A stretch of DNA of 64,000 nt from Tubiluchus corallicola (taxonomy: Eukaryota; Animalia; Priapulida): the NCBI GenBank assembly GCA_030141605.1, contig JAQGDQ010000115.1, positions 62,001 through 126,000 on the forward strand. Reading direction: 5' to 3'. Every line of letters begins with the position of its first letter. Position 1 is the stretch's first letter. The notes under the pieces were generated by a model. It did no database searches. It was not told the DNA's origin and worked only from the letters and a program-made list of their open reading frames with translations. Of the stretch, positions 25,630-38,982 are shown in pieces. Both the position numbers and the translations under genes were made by a program.

Positions 25630-25635
25630 CTTCAT
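25630..25635 (-). CDS. Cytochrome P450 (clan 2, CYP2-like), coding exon 1 (Met-Lys; whole exon about 25630-25666)
   Basis: Exon 2 has no ATG and starts after an in-frame TAG acceptor; ATGAAG|gtaaaa here supplies a phase-0 start. Confidence 0.6.
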
Positions 25636-26883
25636 TATAAGCCTGCTAGATACTTTCCAAGTGTTCCTGTGAAATGCAGGGCAGATTTCGAGTCTAGTCG
25701 TCGTCGATGTCTCTTGTAGGTCGATATTATCACATTACGTCTTAACTGTACAGATCATACAGAACGGAGAGCAGAAAATAGAAAATAGATAAAAATCTAG
25801 TGTTTGAATAATGTGATCTTTACCCAGACAGCTATTAAACTGTAAACAAGTGGTGAAAATTAGGCCTGGAAAGATTTAGCCTGTACGTAAAATTAGGTAG
25901 CAATCGTAGCAAACATAGCAATCGATGTTCTGAGGCCGCCCAAGTAATTGAAGAACATTGGCCAGAATAAATTTTATTTAAAACAAAAACAAGATTACCA
26001 ACGATGAGAACAACGTGCCTACTGGTATTTGTTTAAAAATTGTGCTGGCAACGTTTTGATCGTCCTCTAGGGTTGCCACCTCGTCACGAACTGAAATCAG
26101 GAGTCAAGAGCCAGCCAGGGGGTCGTGGCCTGGGACGGAGCCCCGGAAGCCAATGCGCTTCCCGTTTTTCAGACGTTTTACAAGGCTGTTTCAGAAGCAA
26201 AAATCGAGAAATTCAAGTGACAACAAAGTAGAACAGATTGCTCAGTTTTAGATTCTAAAAAAGCTCTAAAAACCCCAAAAATTTACGAAAGTGCAAGCGG
26301 TGTACATCAACTTTTGGAGTTTCTTCTACTAGTCCCACTACATTTCTTACGTTCTTGAGATTTCTGCAGATAGATGGTTTATGTTGAGTGAATTAAAGCT
26401 AAACCGGAAGAAAACTTGCATTGATTGCAAAAATTATAATATATAATGCTTGTGTGCTGATTTAAGCTTGTATGGCCCCCTCTTTTCACTTATAAATTGG
26501 TTTCTTTTCGAATTGTCATGTGACCAGTCTCTTACCTGTTAATTTACCTGTAGATGATGTCAGGCGTTTTGCACCGTGCAGCTATAGCTTGTTTAGCGTC
26601 GTTCATTGATTTGTAGTTACAATTTCGTAATTATAAAAGGTCACCATGTAAGTTGATTTATTAATTTCTTAAATCTTGAACATTGTTTATTAAAAATATT
26701 AGATTAATTAGACTAGAGATTAGATTTTACAATTTACGTAAAAAGCGGTTAAAGTTAATTAGAACAATTTATTATCAATATCTCTATGAAATTGTGCAAA
26801 TTATATAAAATTATTTGATTTTGTTTTCAGGCTGTAACCTACACAATTATTGTTGGATATTTTTTATAAGAAGGTAGCATAGC

Positions 26884-27356
26884 CAGGGCCTATTTCAGTT
26901 TAAGCGAGGCCCGGGGAAGTGGGGCGTGTGAGGCCCCGTTAGGGGGGGGGCGAAGCGCCGGGGGCGGGCGCCACCATGGTTGGCGCCCAAAAAAATTTTG
27001 AACTGCTAGAACGTCGGAGAAGCATTTTCGAAGAAAAATATGGAGTTATACAGTTGTTAAAGGAAAGAACAATTGAAAGAAAAATTGCTTTATTCTCAAG
27101 ACCAGCCCTTAATACTTGTCAAATAGTCAAATCAAAAACAACATCTTTGCAATATGTAATATCGTACTCTCGCTTCCGTACAAGACTGTGTTAGAAATTC
27201 CAAAATTGAAAACAGCTGAACATTCGCACCGAGCGCACGTGCGGCAAGAGGCAGTATGTTCGCATAAAGCAAAAAAATGTTACCTCGGCGCGAGGCCCCC
27301 CTGGAGGGTGAGGCCCCGGGGAAGTATCCCCTCGTACCCCCCTGAAATAGGGCCCG
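26884..27356 (+). mobile_element. hAT-type MITE, family A
   Basis: Same TIRs and body; TSD agcatagc/agcattgc. Confidence 0.9.
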
Positions 27357-30207
27357 AGCATTGCTTTATTGCATGATATTCGATACAAATCGAGTACAAG
27401 AATTATACTTCGAAACTCTAATGGGATGTTGTCATTGCTACTGTATCATACACTGTTAGAAGTAACAAAACTACAGCACAGTTTACAAAGGATGGAAAAT
27501 CGACCAAATTTACAACGAAATGAAAAGGAGAGAAGAGAACCTTTATAAAGCCTGTTCACCTGCATATCAACCAATTTAAAACTTGTACATTAGAAAATAT
27601 TAAAACAATGAGGAGCATATTTTTTAAAATGTTAACAACCTTTATGGAGATATAAACTGCAGAGAATAGTTTTTCATTATTAGTATTACTGAAAATAATT
27701 TGGTGAAATTCAAATCAATTGGCTGAGTCATTTATTCGCCCTTTCGGCTGTTCAAAGATTTTATTTCTGACATCTTGATCGCAATGTTAGCAAAATTATC
27801 GTTAAAATAATTGCAAACAGCTTACATTTTGTTGATCAGATTTTGTTGTTGTTATAGTTATTATACTGTAAACAATTAAGAGACCTAACGTATGTTCTAT
27901 TCATCAGCTCTCATTAACATATTTTATCAGATGACAATAGAGATGATTTAGATATACTACGACAATGTTCAATTTACTATGGTAGAGCAAATAAATTACT
28001 CATGAAATTTACTCACTGTTCAGTTAACGTGAAGAGACAATTGTTTAATGCCTACTGCACTACTTTTTATTGTATGTCCACTTGGAGACATTTTTATTCT
28101 TACAATCTTAGCAAACTCAAGGTTGCATATAATGTATCAACACGGAAGCTGTTTAACTTTTCATATGATACGAGCGCTAGATATATTTCTACTAGACTTA
28201 ATATTATTTATTTTGATGTGATTCACAGAAAATGTGCATACAGTTTATACGTCAGGCTGAATAGCAGTGAAAATTTTATATGCAAGGGCATTTTAAACAT
28301 GATGTAAACTTTACTTCTGTAGTTAGACGTCATTGGCATAGTTTGTTATATCGTTAATTGTTATTTGTGTTATTGTTGTGTGTCATGATATATTGTATTA
28401 TTTGTATTAATTTTTGATGTGTATATGAACTTTGTAAAGTTTGAAATAAAATATTAAATCAAATCTAGAAATTAAAACAGACAATATATATGTATGTACT
28501 GTTCGGAAATCAGGACAGCTCAAAGTTGAAGTTGATCCTGTTACGACACAACGCAGTTTTTAAATCATCATAATAAATACACATTTTGAACAAGATTATT
28601 GGCAGAGGCTGAAAATTTTAGTCTTGGTCAATAAAATTTAATAATAATTTTAAGATCGTGTTTACAACAAGCCACTGTGTCGTAAATCACTCTGAAGGCA
28701 AAGCTTGTTAGAAAGATTTCACATTAAAAACAGATCACGAACAAGAGACAATCAGTGAATCACCTAAAGATAGAAAACGTTAAGCAGGTATGTGAGTGTG
28801 ACTATGATAGAGCAAAGACTGAAGATAAAATTTTAATGTATTTCAATGAAGTCCTAAATACTATATATGTCATTAAAAAGATCCGTATTAACAATGATAG
28901 AAACACTGAGGTATTGCCGAATGCTTCAGAACAAATGATAAACTGACACGAAAAAATAACTAGCTACATTTTCAAAACAATGTGTAGTCACAGAAACGCT
29001 TTCTACAGAGGTTAATACCACTGAATGCTTTATTGTAACATAATTAGTATATAAATGTGCCAAATATACCATAAAATGGATTAACCTGACTGTTCAAAGC
29101 TCAGGTGACTAGCAGGTAACCAACTGCAAGCTGGCCAAAACTAAAAGCTTTACCTTACCGCCACAGATGGCGCCTCGTACACGAATTTGTAAGCAAGATT
29201 AACAAAAAAAATAGCTAAGTGTGCTGCACAATGAATTCGTAAAAATAAAGCATATGAATAGGAAGTAGATATAGAATGTAGATAATTCTACGAAGTAGAG
29301 TTTTGAAATATTGTGACCAGTAATTGCATTGTACTGTATTGTAAATCCACTCAATACAAATAAAGGTTATGTAGAATATAGATTTATAAATGTTACGATT
29401 GTGCATGACCTTAACCTGTATTAAAAATGTATAAAAAATCTAAACAGAAAAAAGTAGAACATACATCAATTCATGACTACACATGATCAGTATAATTTTA
29501 AATTGCACAAAAAATAAAATAAATACAGAATTTAGAATATAGAAGCAGAACATAGATTTTAAATTTTTTTTTACAAAATTAAAGTCGTGAAAGTGGAACA
29601 TATATCGGTACTATTAGTACTATATGTTATACACAACATATTATGTTATCTTAAGTTGTACTAAAAAGAAATATGTATAGATTTTAAATTGCGGAAGTGT
29701 AAAATGTCGATTTGTAAATGTATGTCGGAAGTGTAAATGTCGATGAAAAAGTGTAGATTTAATAGTGTTACGCAGAAGTGTAATTTTAAGTTCAACATTT
29801 TCTCATATATTGGCGCATCTGAGTTAATAATTTTTCATATACCAAAAAATGTTACAGCTAGCATCATATCTTAATTATTAAATTCAATAAAGATGGTTGA
29901 ATCAACATTGAGATACATGGTTTATACAACATCGCATTTATATTCAAATGTATGTGACAGGTATCCAAGCTTTGAATTAAACATCCTTTGACAAGAGATA
30001 CATGTTACATCGATTTCATTAAGGTGCACAATTGACAAGGATTTCGGTGAAAGTACTGGAGTTGGTACAAAAAGGTGTTAGTACAATGAACTTATGAATT
30101 AAACAGTTACTCATTCAATATATTTAGGTATGTCACCAAGTCTATTCTGAGTGATCTACCCTGTCTATATATGACGCAAATGCCTAAACCTCCATTCGTA
30201 ACTAACT

Positions 30208-30497
<290 letters not shown>

Positions 30498-31339
30498 AGT
30501 GATACTTAGTAATTATACCTAGGCTACAGAACTAGTGAAACGCTTACTAGAAACTCAGAAACTTACTACTGAAATCAGCCACTCATTGGTACGTATTAAT
30601 ACTCTCTTTATCTTTTTTCTGTAATAAATTAGGTATATAGAGCATTCACGTAAATCTTTTTTGTTCTTGCTGCCCACGGTATCTTAATAAGTGATGTTTG
30701 ACCTGAATTCCAGATAATTTTTGTGAAAATGCGAGCAGAAGAACAACTACGACTTTGCAGTACTTGGATGTCAATCAACTGAAACCTGTCGCAAAAGAAA
30801 ATCGACATTAATTCAAGGGTTCATTGTGCAAAAATTTATTGATGGCTGCGAGGAAGAATTTGCAAAAGGTGAGGTCTTGGCTGATAGAATGCTAATATAC
30901 AGAAAAGCTAATTCAATTTTTGTTTTTTTGTCACGGGGGTTGTTGCATTGCCGGCTGCTTATAGTACTGCTAATTGTGAAAATTATTTAACCTTGAAAAT
31001 AGACGCTTAATAAGTAAAACAGGATCAGTTTAAGATGGTCACCATAAGGCTTAAGTACAAAAACTTTACTAACTGTAATTGTATTTTGGCATTAATGTTT
31101 ACGGTTTATCTGTCATTTTTAATGAGTATTTAAAGTTACTCAAAAATTACCGAGATAGACAAACTGCTCAGAATTAAGCTACAAAGTGCATTTTGGTTAG
31201 ACTGATTACTACTAGAGAAAGAGATTTTAGTGCTGGACGTGGGGTCTTAGAAGCAGTTTTAATATATTAGAAAAATCTAACGTTTTTTTGTTATTGGTTG
31301 CAACGTAAAGTCATCACCATCATTTGTCTGCTTTTACGT

Positions 31340-31720
31340 TTTAAAACATGGCACACCCACCTGTTGATGCCATGCGTTCCGCCACCACCCTCAAATCTGT
31401 TTTTACTAAATCTTTTTGTATTTTATCTGCGTCAAAAGCTGACCCCCTCTCCGCTTTTTTGTCGTTTCAAGAGTTTTACGTAATGCTATAGGAAGAGGAG
31501 ACTCTTGAAGTAATCTTAGTGCATGCCCAATTCAATGCAATCTTCTTACTTGTGTTTGTCTAGACCAAGGATTCTTCTTCACTGCATCATACAGATCATC
31601 GTTGGACATTCTCACAGGCCATCTAATAAATTACTAAATTCCTAGTAATTTTCCATAGAGACGCCTTTGAAAAGCGTCAATTTTCTTTTGTCTTAATGTA
31701 AACGTATTAATAACGTTAAT
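31340..31720 (-). mobile_element. Degenerate RTE-like LINE fragment
   Basis: KIDAFQRRL..IRWPVRMSNDDLY..RRLH*IGHALRL..PLPIAL. Confidence 0.75.
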
Positions 31721-33429
31721 GCACGGACCGTTGAAAATGGACCGTTTAAAAACTTAGGGTCAAAATGAAACTGGGGAGAGGTATCACGAGATCGGCAGCT
31801 GAATTTCAACTGGATCTATAAAACAAAGAATAAACTACACTAGAAAGTTAGTACACTAAAATGCTGAAACACTAAAATTTGAATTTTTAAAAAAGTTTAA
31901 GAACTGACCAGAAATTCCTAAATTTAGAAATAAACATGTTAAATTTTGAAACGTTTGTACCAACGTTGGTTAATAACAAAAGACGAAAGTAGCCAGAACA
32001 TAACACAAAATGCTACTTCTAAATAAGCAAACTCAGGTACAAAGCATTGAATTTGTTCTTTGTAAATTTTACTTTTATAACTTTAACAGGTTGGAAAGAT
32101 TTCGCGTATATGGCTGCCCATTTGTGCTTTCACAGCTCTTTTACTTCCTCCTGGGCATTCAGGTGTAACAAAAACAAAGTTAATTCAACATGGAAGTAAT
32201 TTAGAATTGGATCGTGGAACAGTGGAGACAACTACAGTGTCAAGCAGGTATTAAGTTTTAAGTTTTGTAGCGCTCAACAAATGACAATATTAATTCATAA
32301 TAATAGTACTACTACTTATAATAATGATGATAATAATAATAATAAAACAGCAACGACAGCAGCAACAGCAACAACAGCAGCAGCAACAGAAGCAACAACA
32401 ACAACAACAATAACAACAATAACTATCAAATATTAATATTATACTAGCAAAGGCCCCGCAAAAAATTTTGCGTATAAATACAATTATAATCAATAATACG
32501 CGAACATCCTATATAGTCCTCATTTATAACGCAAAGCGAGCAGCAGCTTTTACTGAATTAAAGTTATAAGGTTATAGACAGAGTATAATGGATGACGTCA
32601 GAACAATGGCTTTGCGTCAGCAGTTTTCCAAGCGAAAATTGTGCAAAAAATAGAACATCTAATTAACTATATATTCCATATAATTCTATTTTACATATAT
32701 ATGTAGTCCCTGCACGCAGTAGCTCTATTTTATCCTAAATTCAAAGCAGCTCAAATTCAAATTGTACAAAATAGTACTGTCGCACTTGTATTGATATTTA
32801 CATCAACGTATATGGATTTTTAAACTGAAGTTTAATCTTCTAACAGTACAAGGACATGAATAGTTTATTACCTAGAATAACTGGCAAGCATTCAATTTCT
32901 TCTAGTGTTGAATAGTTAGTTAATCAATAATTGTAACGAATTTGCATATTTTTCGTTTTTCCTAAGTTTTCTATTATTTAGCTGAAATAAAATTAGTAAT
33001 GAAAGCACCATAGTTATAGTCTATAATTAATTGTACGTTCACTGTGTTTAATTTGCATATTTTAGTTGTCAGTTTTCTTTAATATTTTTATTAACTGTAA
33101 TACCCTCAATTAGGAATTTTAATTTCTGATGACGATGGTATAAGCGAATGCTGAAATGGTCAAAGATGTTCAATTGCACAAGTCTTCAATAAAATCCTGA
33201 TGCTTTGAATGGTCATTTGGCAATTTTATTTTTGCTAAATTGAGGTTTTCAAAAATGACTGCTATTTTATGTAATAAAACTAGAAATTAATTGTAATTAT
33301 TATGAATCATTTCTACAGTGTTTCTTCAGTATTGATAAGCTTGTTGTGAACAGCAACTAGTATCTGCACATGGTTTTATGTTGATGTACTGATGTTGATG
33401 TAATGAGTCTCCCAATAGAGGCGTAATAA

Positions 33430-33770
33430 AAGATTTATCATCATCAACAAAATTCGTGGCTTCTATTCTGTATAACTGTTCTGATTTGGTTTGTAGCTAG
33501 TCTGTCAGGAGTCTGGTTCTTCCTGAACTCTGATCTGTCACTAGCCTGTTTGGGATCTGTTAAGAATGATAAGTTGCTTACTGGTCTGAAATTTGCCTTT
33601 ACATTACAATGAAGACAGTGTTTCTTAAGCATTGGTTTTTCCAATCATTAGCAAATTGATCAGACATCAATGAAGAATTGATAATACGTGAAATTACTGC
33701 TAGAAAAACATAAACTTGTCTGTTTAGCAAAGTGGTTGGTAGAGGATCAAGAAGTTCACACAGGCAGCCA
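33430..33770 (-). mobile_element. L2/CR1-group reverse transcriptase fragment
   Basis: LDPLPTTLL...IINSSL...WK / PMLKK...NFRPVSNLSFL with a frameshift. Confidence 0.8.
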
Positions 33771-33796
33771 GGGAGAGAACATATTAGAAGAGCAGA

Positions 33797-33907
<111 letters not shown>

Positions 33908-34507
33908 TTCTTTTCCTTTTGTTGAAGGTTCTGCCATTTGTTTCTTGGTCGTGTTTACTCCAATGCGAGGTGGCGGATTTGGCACATTACAAATTGCACC
34001 TATTTACGTGCCCTACAATTAATCTATATAATTACACATATATTATATTGTTTGTATATAAATAATGCGCACATGCACGCACGCACACAACAAGTAATTG
34101 CATATGATGCTTCATATATAAATAATCAATACAGTTGTAGAGATGAGCAGGACTGAACTGCCAGCCTAAGGCGTCGTAACGTCTTGATACACCATGCACA
34201 CACACTCATATACATGTATGATGGATGCGTTCTATGAAGACAGCCTATATATAGCCTATATATTTGACAATATAAATTGATTGCCCTTAGCACCAAGGCC
34301 TATATAAAATCAATTAATTTAAGCCCATCAATAAATAAATTATTTATCCAGACTTGTCTGTGGATTTAGCCACAGATGTTTTATTAGTACGCTTATACAA
34401 GTGCATTTTTTACACATAAACAAACTGTATTTCATGAACTTTTCTTGACGTGAGCCTAACTGAATCTTAAAAAATTAAGCTAAATATAAGTGACGTCTAG
34501 TCATAGA

Positions 34508-34763
34508 TCGCTAATTGCGTAAGTCCGCAACAACAGTCAACAAAATGATGAAAATGCTTAATAATTCAAGCACACAACTGAGCATTGGACAAACTTGTCG
34601 TACTTTGTTTAAAAAAGCTTATGCCTGACACAAAAAATACGTAAAATTTCGAAGAATCAATCTATTTTTATCACATTTAATTTTTAATGGCTGTTTATAA
34701 AATAGAATGTATAGTGACACTACCTACTGTAACAAGTTTCACGAATCAATAGCTACTGTTCTT
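34508..34763. repeat. About 250-bp duplicate of the CLCA proximal 3' UTR (36966-37217)
   Basis: Direct near-identical match with one 4-nt indel. Confidence 0.93.
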
Positions 34764-35745
34764 TATAATGATTATATGCTTTTTAAACATCTTTTAACTT
34801 GGAATTAACAAAACATGCAGATGCTTAGATTAAGTTGTATTCTGGAAAAGTAATTTGCTCTTCTGAAAAAATAAATTTTTTTTCTATGAACGGCATTACA
34901 CTTGAAAGTCCGGCCTAATATTCCTTCAAGTTATATTTCCTGAAAAACATATTAAATAGGAATGTTGTTTTAGAAAGAAATATTTCTCCAGAAATAGAAT
35001 TCTACATGAGATTGGTATTTGCAAACTTTCTTTATATTAACTTTCTTATTAATTATTATAATCTTATTAACTTTCTTAACTTCTTTTGTAAATAAGCCTA
35101 TTGATTTTCATGAGATGTGAATATAATAGTTTTATTTTAACTACTAATTATTCTTAGTGCCTTATGCACTCATGCTTGCTTTAAATAATATTCAAAAATA
35201 TAACAGCTGCTATAAATCGCCAAAGACAGGTATAGGCTTTGTAGTCTTTGCTTTGTGTACAAAATATTTAACTTGTACCGAAAGTTACAAAACTGTGTTA
35301 TAATTAGCATTTTGTTATAATTACCTGGCTGCATCCTCGAGAAATTTAAAAAGATTTTATTTATGTTTTTGCAACTCACGGCTGAGCAAGTTATGAGCGC
35401 CTGTCGACTGGCCAGGCTTTGGTGGTCTCATCAATTCATCTGTTACAGTACACACCGGTACGCGAACCGCTTGCGCTAGAGCGTACCTGACAACAACAGC
35501 CGTACTGCTGTGCCCCTAGGGCGACACTAACTGCGCGAACTGCGCAGGATTTCTCTACATTCTGTGGTCCATATTCTTTGCTGGCACTATGGTCGAACAG
35601 GTAGTTGAAGAATTTGTGCATTGATTTATTACGAACAACCTTTAGTTTGTTTAGATTAAAATTATGAAAGTAATACCAGCGAGCTATACCATAGAAAAAT
35701 AGACGGCTATATGAGTTGAACAGACGTGTCTTAATTAGTTTACTT

Positions 35746-35930
35746 TTACTTTACTTGGTTTACTTTTTCAATGTTCAAGTTAAAATATTGCACTTCAGAG
35801 ACGTTTTCTTCAATGTCTACAACCAAGCTTGCATACTTACTCGCTTCAAAATGGCTTGCGTTTTTAATGTTCAGGTCAAAAGGGACTGTCAGCTCGACTA
35901 TGAATAATTTCCTCAGCAGTTTCCTGAATA
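35746..35930 (-). mobile_element. Restriction-like endonuclease fragment of an RLE-type non-LTR retrotransposon (NeSL/HERO-like)
   Basis: IVELTVPFDLNIKNA....SKYASL matches the ELTVPxExNIxxAxxxKxxKYxxL pattern. Confidence 0.7.
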
Positions 35931-35982
35931 AATCATGGATGAGCTGTAGTTTGCGAACATTCAATTTCCTATAATGCAACTC

Positions 35983-36168
35983 TATTGTATTGTATTTTAT
36001 TGTATTGTATTGTATTTTATTGTATTGTATTGTATTGTATTGTATTGTATTGTATCGTATCGTATCGTATCGTATCGTATCGTATCGTATCGTATCGTAT
36101 CGTATCGTATCGTATCGTATCGTATCGTATCGTATCGTATCGTATCGTATCGTATCGTATCGTATTGT
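35983..36168. repeat. (TATTG)n to (TATCG)n pentanucleotide microsatellite
   Basis: Direct reading. Confidence 0.97.
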
Positions 36169-37224
36169 TAGGCGAGTAACGTTAGCTCATAGTAGAGGGG
36201 TGCCTTGAACAAATTGCAATGGAACTTTTCTCTTCAGATATATTTTCTAACTCTATTGTTGTTTAAACTAGGTAAATCAACACGAACCACGAAGCCAGTT
36301 CACAGTCACAGAAGAAGCTGCTTGAATATGAACTAGGTCGTTGTATGGTCAAGTATCAAGAAGGATATATTGTTTGGATTAACCTTGTTGGAGGAAAGTT
36401 TTGCAGGAATTCAAATTGTGAGACTGATTCAGTGGAGTTGCAGTTTGAGTACTTGTCTTAGATTCATTATCAGTTAATTTTATAACATTATCGGTTATTT
36501 GTTATGCGTCGACTTATTTTATGCAAATTGCTTTAATTTTTTGACAAAATATCGTGCGTTTATTACTTTATCAGGGCCATCACGTGGCGTCATTGTTTAT
36601 CATTTATATTAACTTGTTAGTGTGTTAAAAGTTTTTGCTTATCATAATTGTGTCTGATAATTTGTGTCGAAAGAACTGATTTGAAAGAAACTAGATAAAT
36701 TGAAGAGTGGGCTCTTCAAGAGTGAGTGAGTGAGTGAGTAAGTGAGTGAAAGATCATTAATGCATTTCTGTTTTTGTTTCTCAAATTTCAAATTTACCAT
36801 TGATCTGGGCAGCACAAACACAAGATTTCTTCATGGTGCTGTTCAGAGGCATACCATTAGCCTCAAAAAAATTTATAGATTAATGTTTTAAACTTGTATG
36901 CTCATGATAAATCTAGCAATAAATTCTTAATTCTACATTCTAAAAATTCCAGGACTCCATGAAGGTCGCTAATTGCGTAAGTCCGCAACAACAGTCAACA
37001 AAATGATGAAAATGCTTAATAATTCAAGCACACAACTGAGCATTGGACAAACTTGTCGTACTTTGTTTAAAAAAGCTTATGCCTGACACAAAAAATACGT
37101 AAAATTTCGAAGAATCAATCTATTTTTATCACATTTAATTTTTAATGGCTGTTTATAAAATAGAATGTATACACTACCTACTGTAACAAGTTTCACGAAT
37201 CAATAGCTACTGTTCTTGTAACAT

Positions 37225-37496
37225 TTACTTTTTATCATGTTTCTCACTATCTTTAGCAGTGTCAGCTACATTTGAGCTTTTCTTTTTCTTATGGTGAAGG
37301 TAAATTTGTACGATTGCGCCTATGATGATGAGAAAGCCCAAAATGCCAAAAACGAGTCCTAAAATTAGGCCGAGATTTGAATATTCTGGAAAACNNNGGA
37401 AGGTTGCCGAAACAACATTAGATAAGCCACTTTTCTTTGCATCGCCATCAAAACCGTCGTAAGCCCAGAGACCAAACCAGAGTACCGTTTCTTCCT
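37225..37496 (-). CDS. CLCA: CLCA terminal exon: end of FnIII, transmembrane helix, basic cytoplasmic tail, stop (spans nnn)
   Basis: EEETVLWFGL...SNVVSATF[nnn]FPEYSNLGLILGLVFGILGFLIIIGAIVQIYLHHKKKKSS...HDKK*; in frame with or without the three Ns. Confidence 0.85.
37395..37397. other. Assembly ambiguity or gap (nnn)
   Basis: Three N bases immediately before the start of duplication copy 1. Confidence 0.95.
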
Positions 37497-38882
37497 CTGC
37501 AACAGTCAGTAAATATCAATAAATGTGTAATAAAATTGTAGATTAGCTCTGCGCAAACGTTTGCTTATTAATAAGTCAGACCGTCAAGACAAGAGTGTTG
37601 CTTTGACATGTTGTTAATCAAATATGAACGTAAATTATGTTTGAGAATCAATTAAATTTCAGTACTTGAAGCACTTCACTGTTCAGTGCTTATGAAACAG
37701 TAGTCCCTATAATATTCAGATCGAAACGTAAGCTCTGCGATGAATAATTAATATTTCCTGAATGACTGCATTTAATGTTATTATTATAATTAATATTAAT
37801 TATTATTATTATTAATATTAACTACACTATTCTTCCTGTTAAAATGTCTATTCCATCTTTTTATTAATCTTTAGCTGCTGGCTGCCCTTTCTGTTTTAAG
37901 AAAAAATGCAATTCCACCATGTTTGTGGAGCAGAAGGCAAAAATATCATTGGTTTGATCAAGCTTCATCGAGCTGTAGTTTTATAAATACTGGGTAGGCA
38001 AAAGTTGGTGTCAAGGTATTTTTGAGCTCGTGTCAAAAGTTGGTATGTTTTTCTGAAAGATATGAATGTACCTCACCGAAATGTTTCATTTCTGTGATAC
38101 ATAGGAACCCAGAAGAGCTTACTGATTACCTGTCTATATAGCTGGCTAATCACTGATATTACTGGTACCTTACAGCCGTTAGTGAGCGCTATTTACATGA
38201 CTTTTTGAAGAGATTTGCAACGTGAAAAATGTTCATCATTAGCAAAAATAATTTCCTGAATACCTCGTACCCTCCAAAACGAAGCATTAGATTTTAGGTT
38301 AATTCAGTACACATATTAACAACATATAATAGTACCATATTGTATGTATTTACAACAAACATAAAAATGATTGATAAAAAAGATTAAAATTACTAATTAA
38401 CAATCTAAAATACATGTTAAAAATACCTTGCCTAAAAGTTTACAACTTAAAATCATCACAAAATATCTTTCGCTGGGTTTTATAAAAACTGTGACTCAAA
38501 TACCACATTAGAGTTTATACAACCACTAATTAGAATCACATTTACTTGTATACGATTTCTTAAGCTATAGCACTTCTTCCTTATTTCTTATTATTACTTG
38601 AAAATGTGGAATCCTGCTATGTGTTCATATACCAGATGCACAAAAATTTCTGTGCCCTAGATTCTATACAAAAATCCTCTTTCTGGATGACTTCGATTTT
38701 TAGGCAGCTTTTATCCAGTCACCTGTTTTTTTCTGACAGTCTTCACTTCTGGTCACCTGATCGATTCTGGGAGCTAACCTAAGATGTTAATCCCGCGGTC
38801 GTTCGTTCATGATTAACTTTGTTTAGCCTATTAGTAGACTTGCTACTGTCAAAAGTTTACATCTATATTAAATCCTACTCAC

Positions 38883-38982
38883 CATTTACATTTCGTATCT
38901 GCAAAGTTACACGTTCCAGTGAACCACTTTCTAGTGGATTTGAAAGGTTACCAGATACAACCTGTTCTTCTGTTATTCGCAT
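38883..38982 (-). CDS. CLCA: CLCA FnIII repeat 2, exon C
   Basis: Identical by eye to 43584-43683 with intact splice sites. Confidence 0.75.

Noticed and set aside
29158-29176. CTCF-like motif (cagatggcgcc)
   Set aside because: Partial match of a short motif, expected by chance in 64 kb
30628-30790. Exon-like open frame on the minus strand (FQLIDIQVLQ...)
   Set aside because: No recognisable homology and not needed, since CLCA already terminates at 37225
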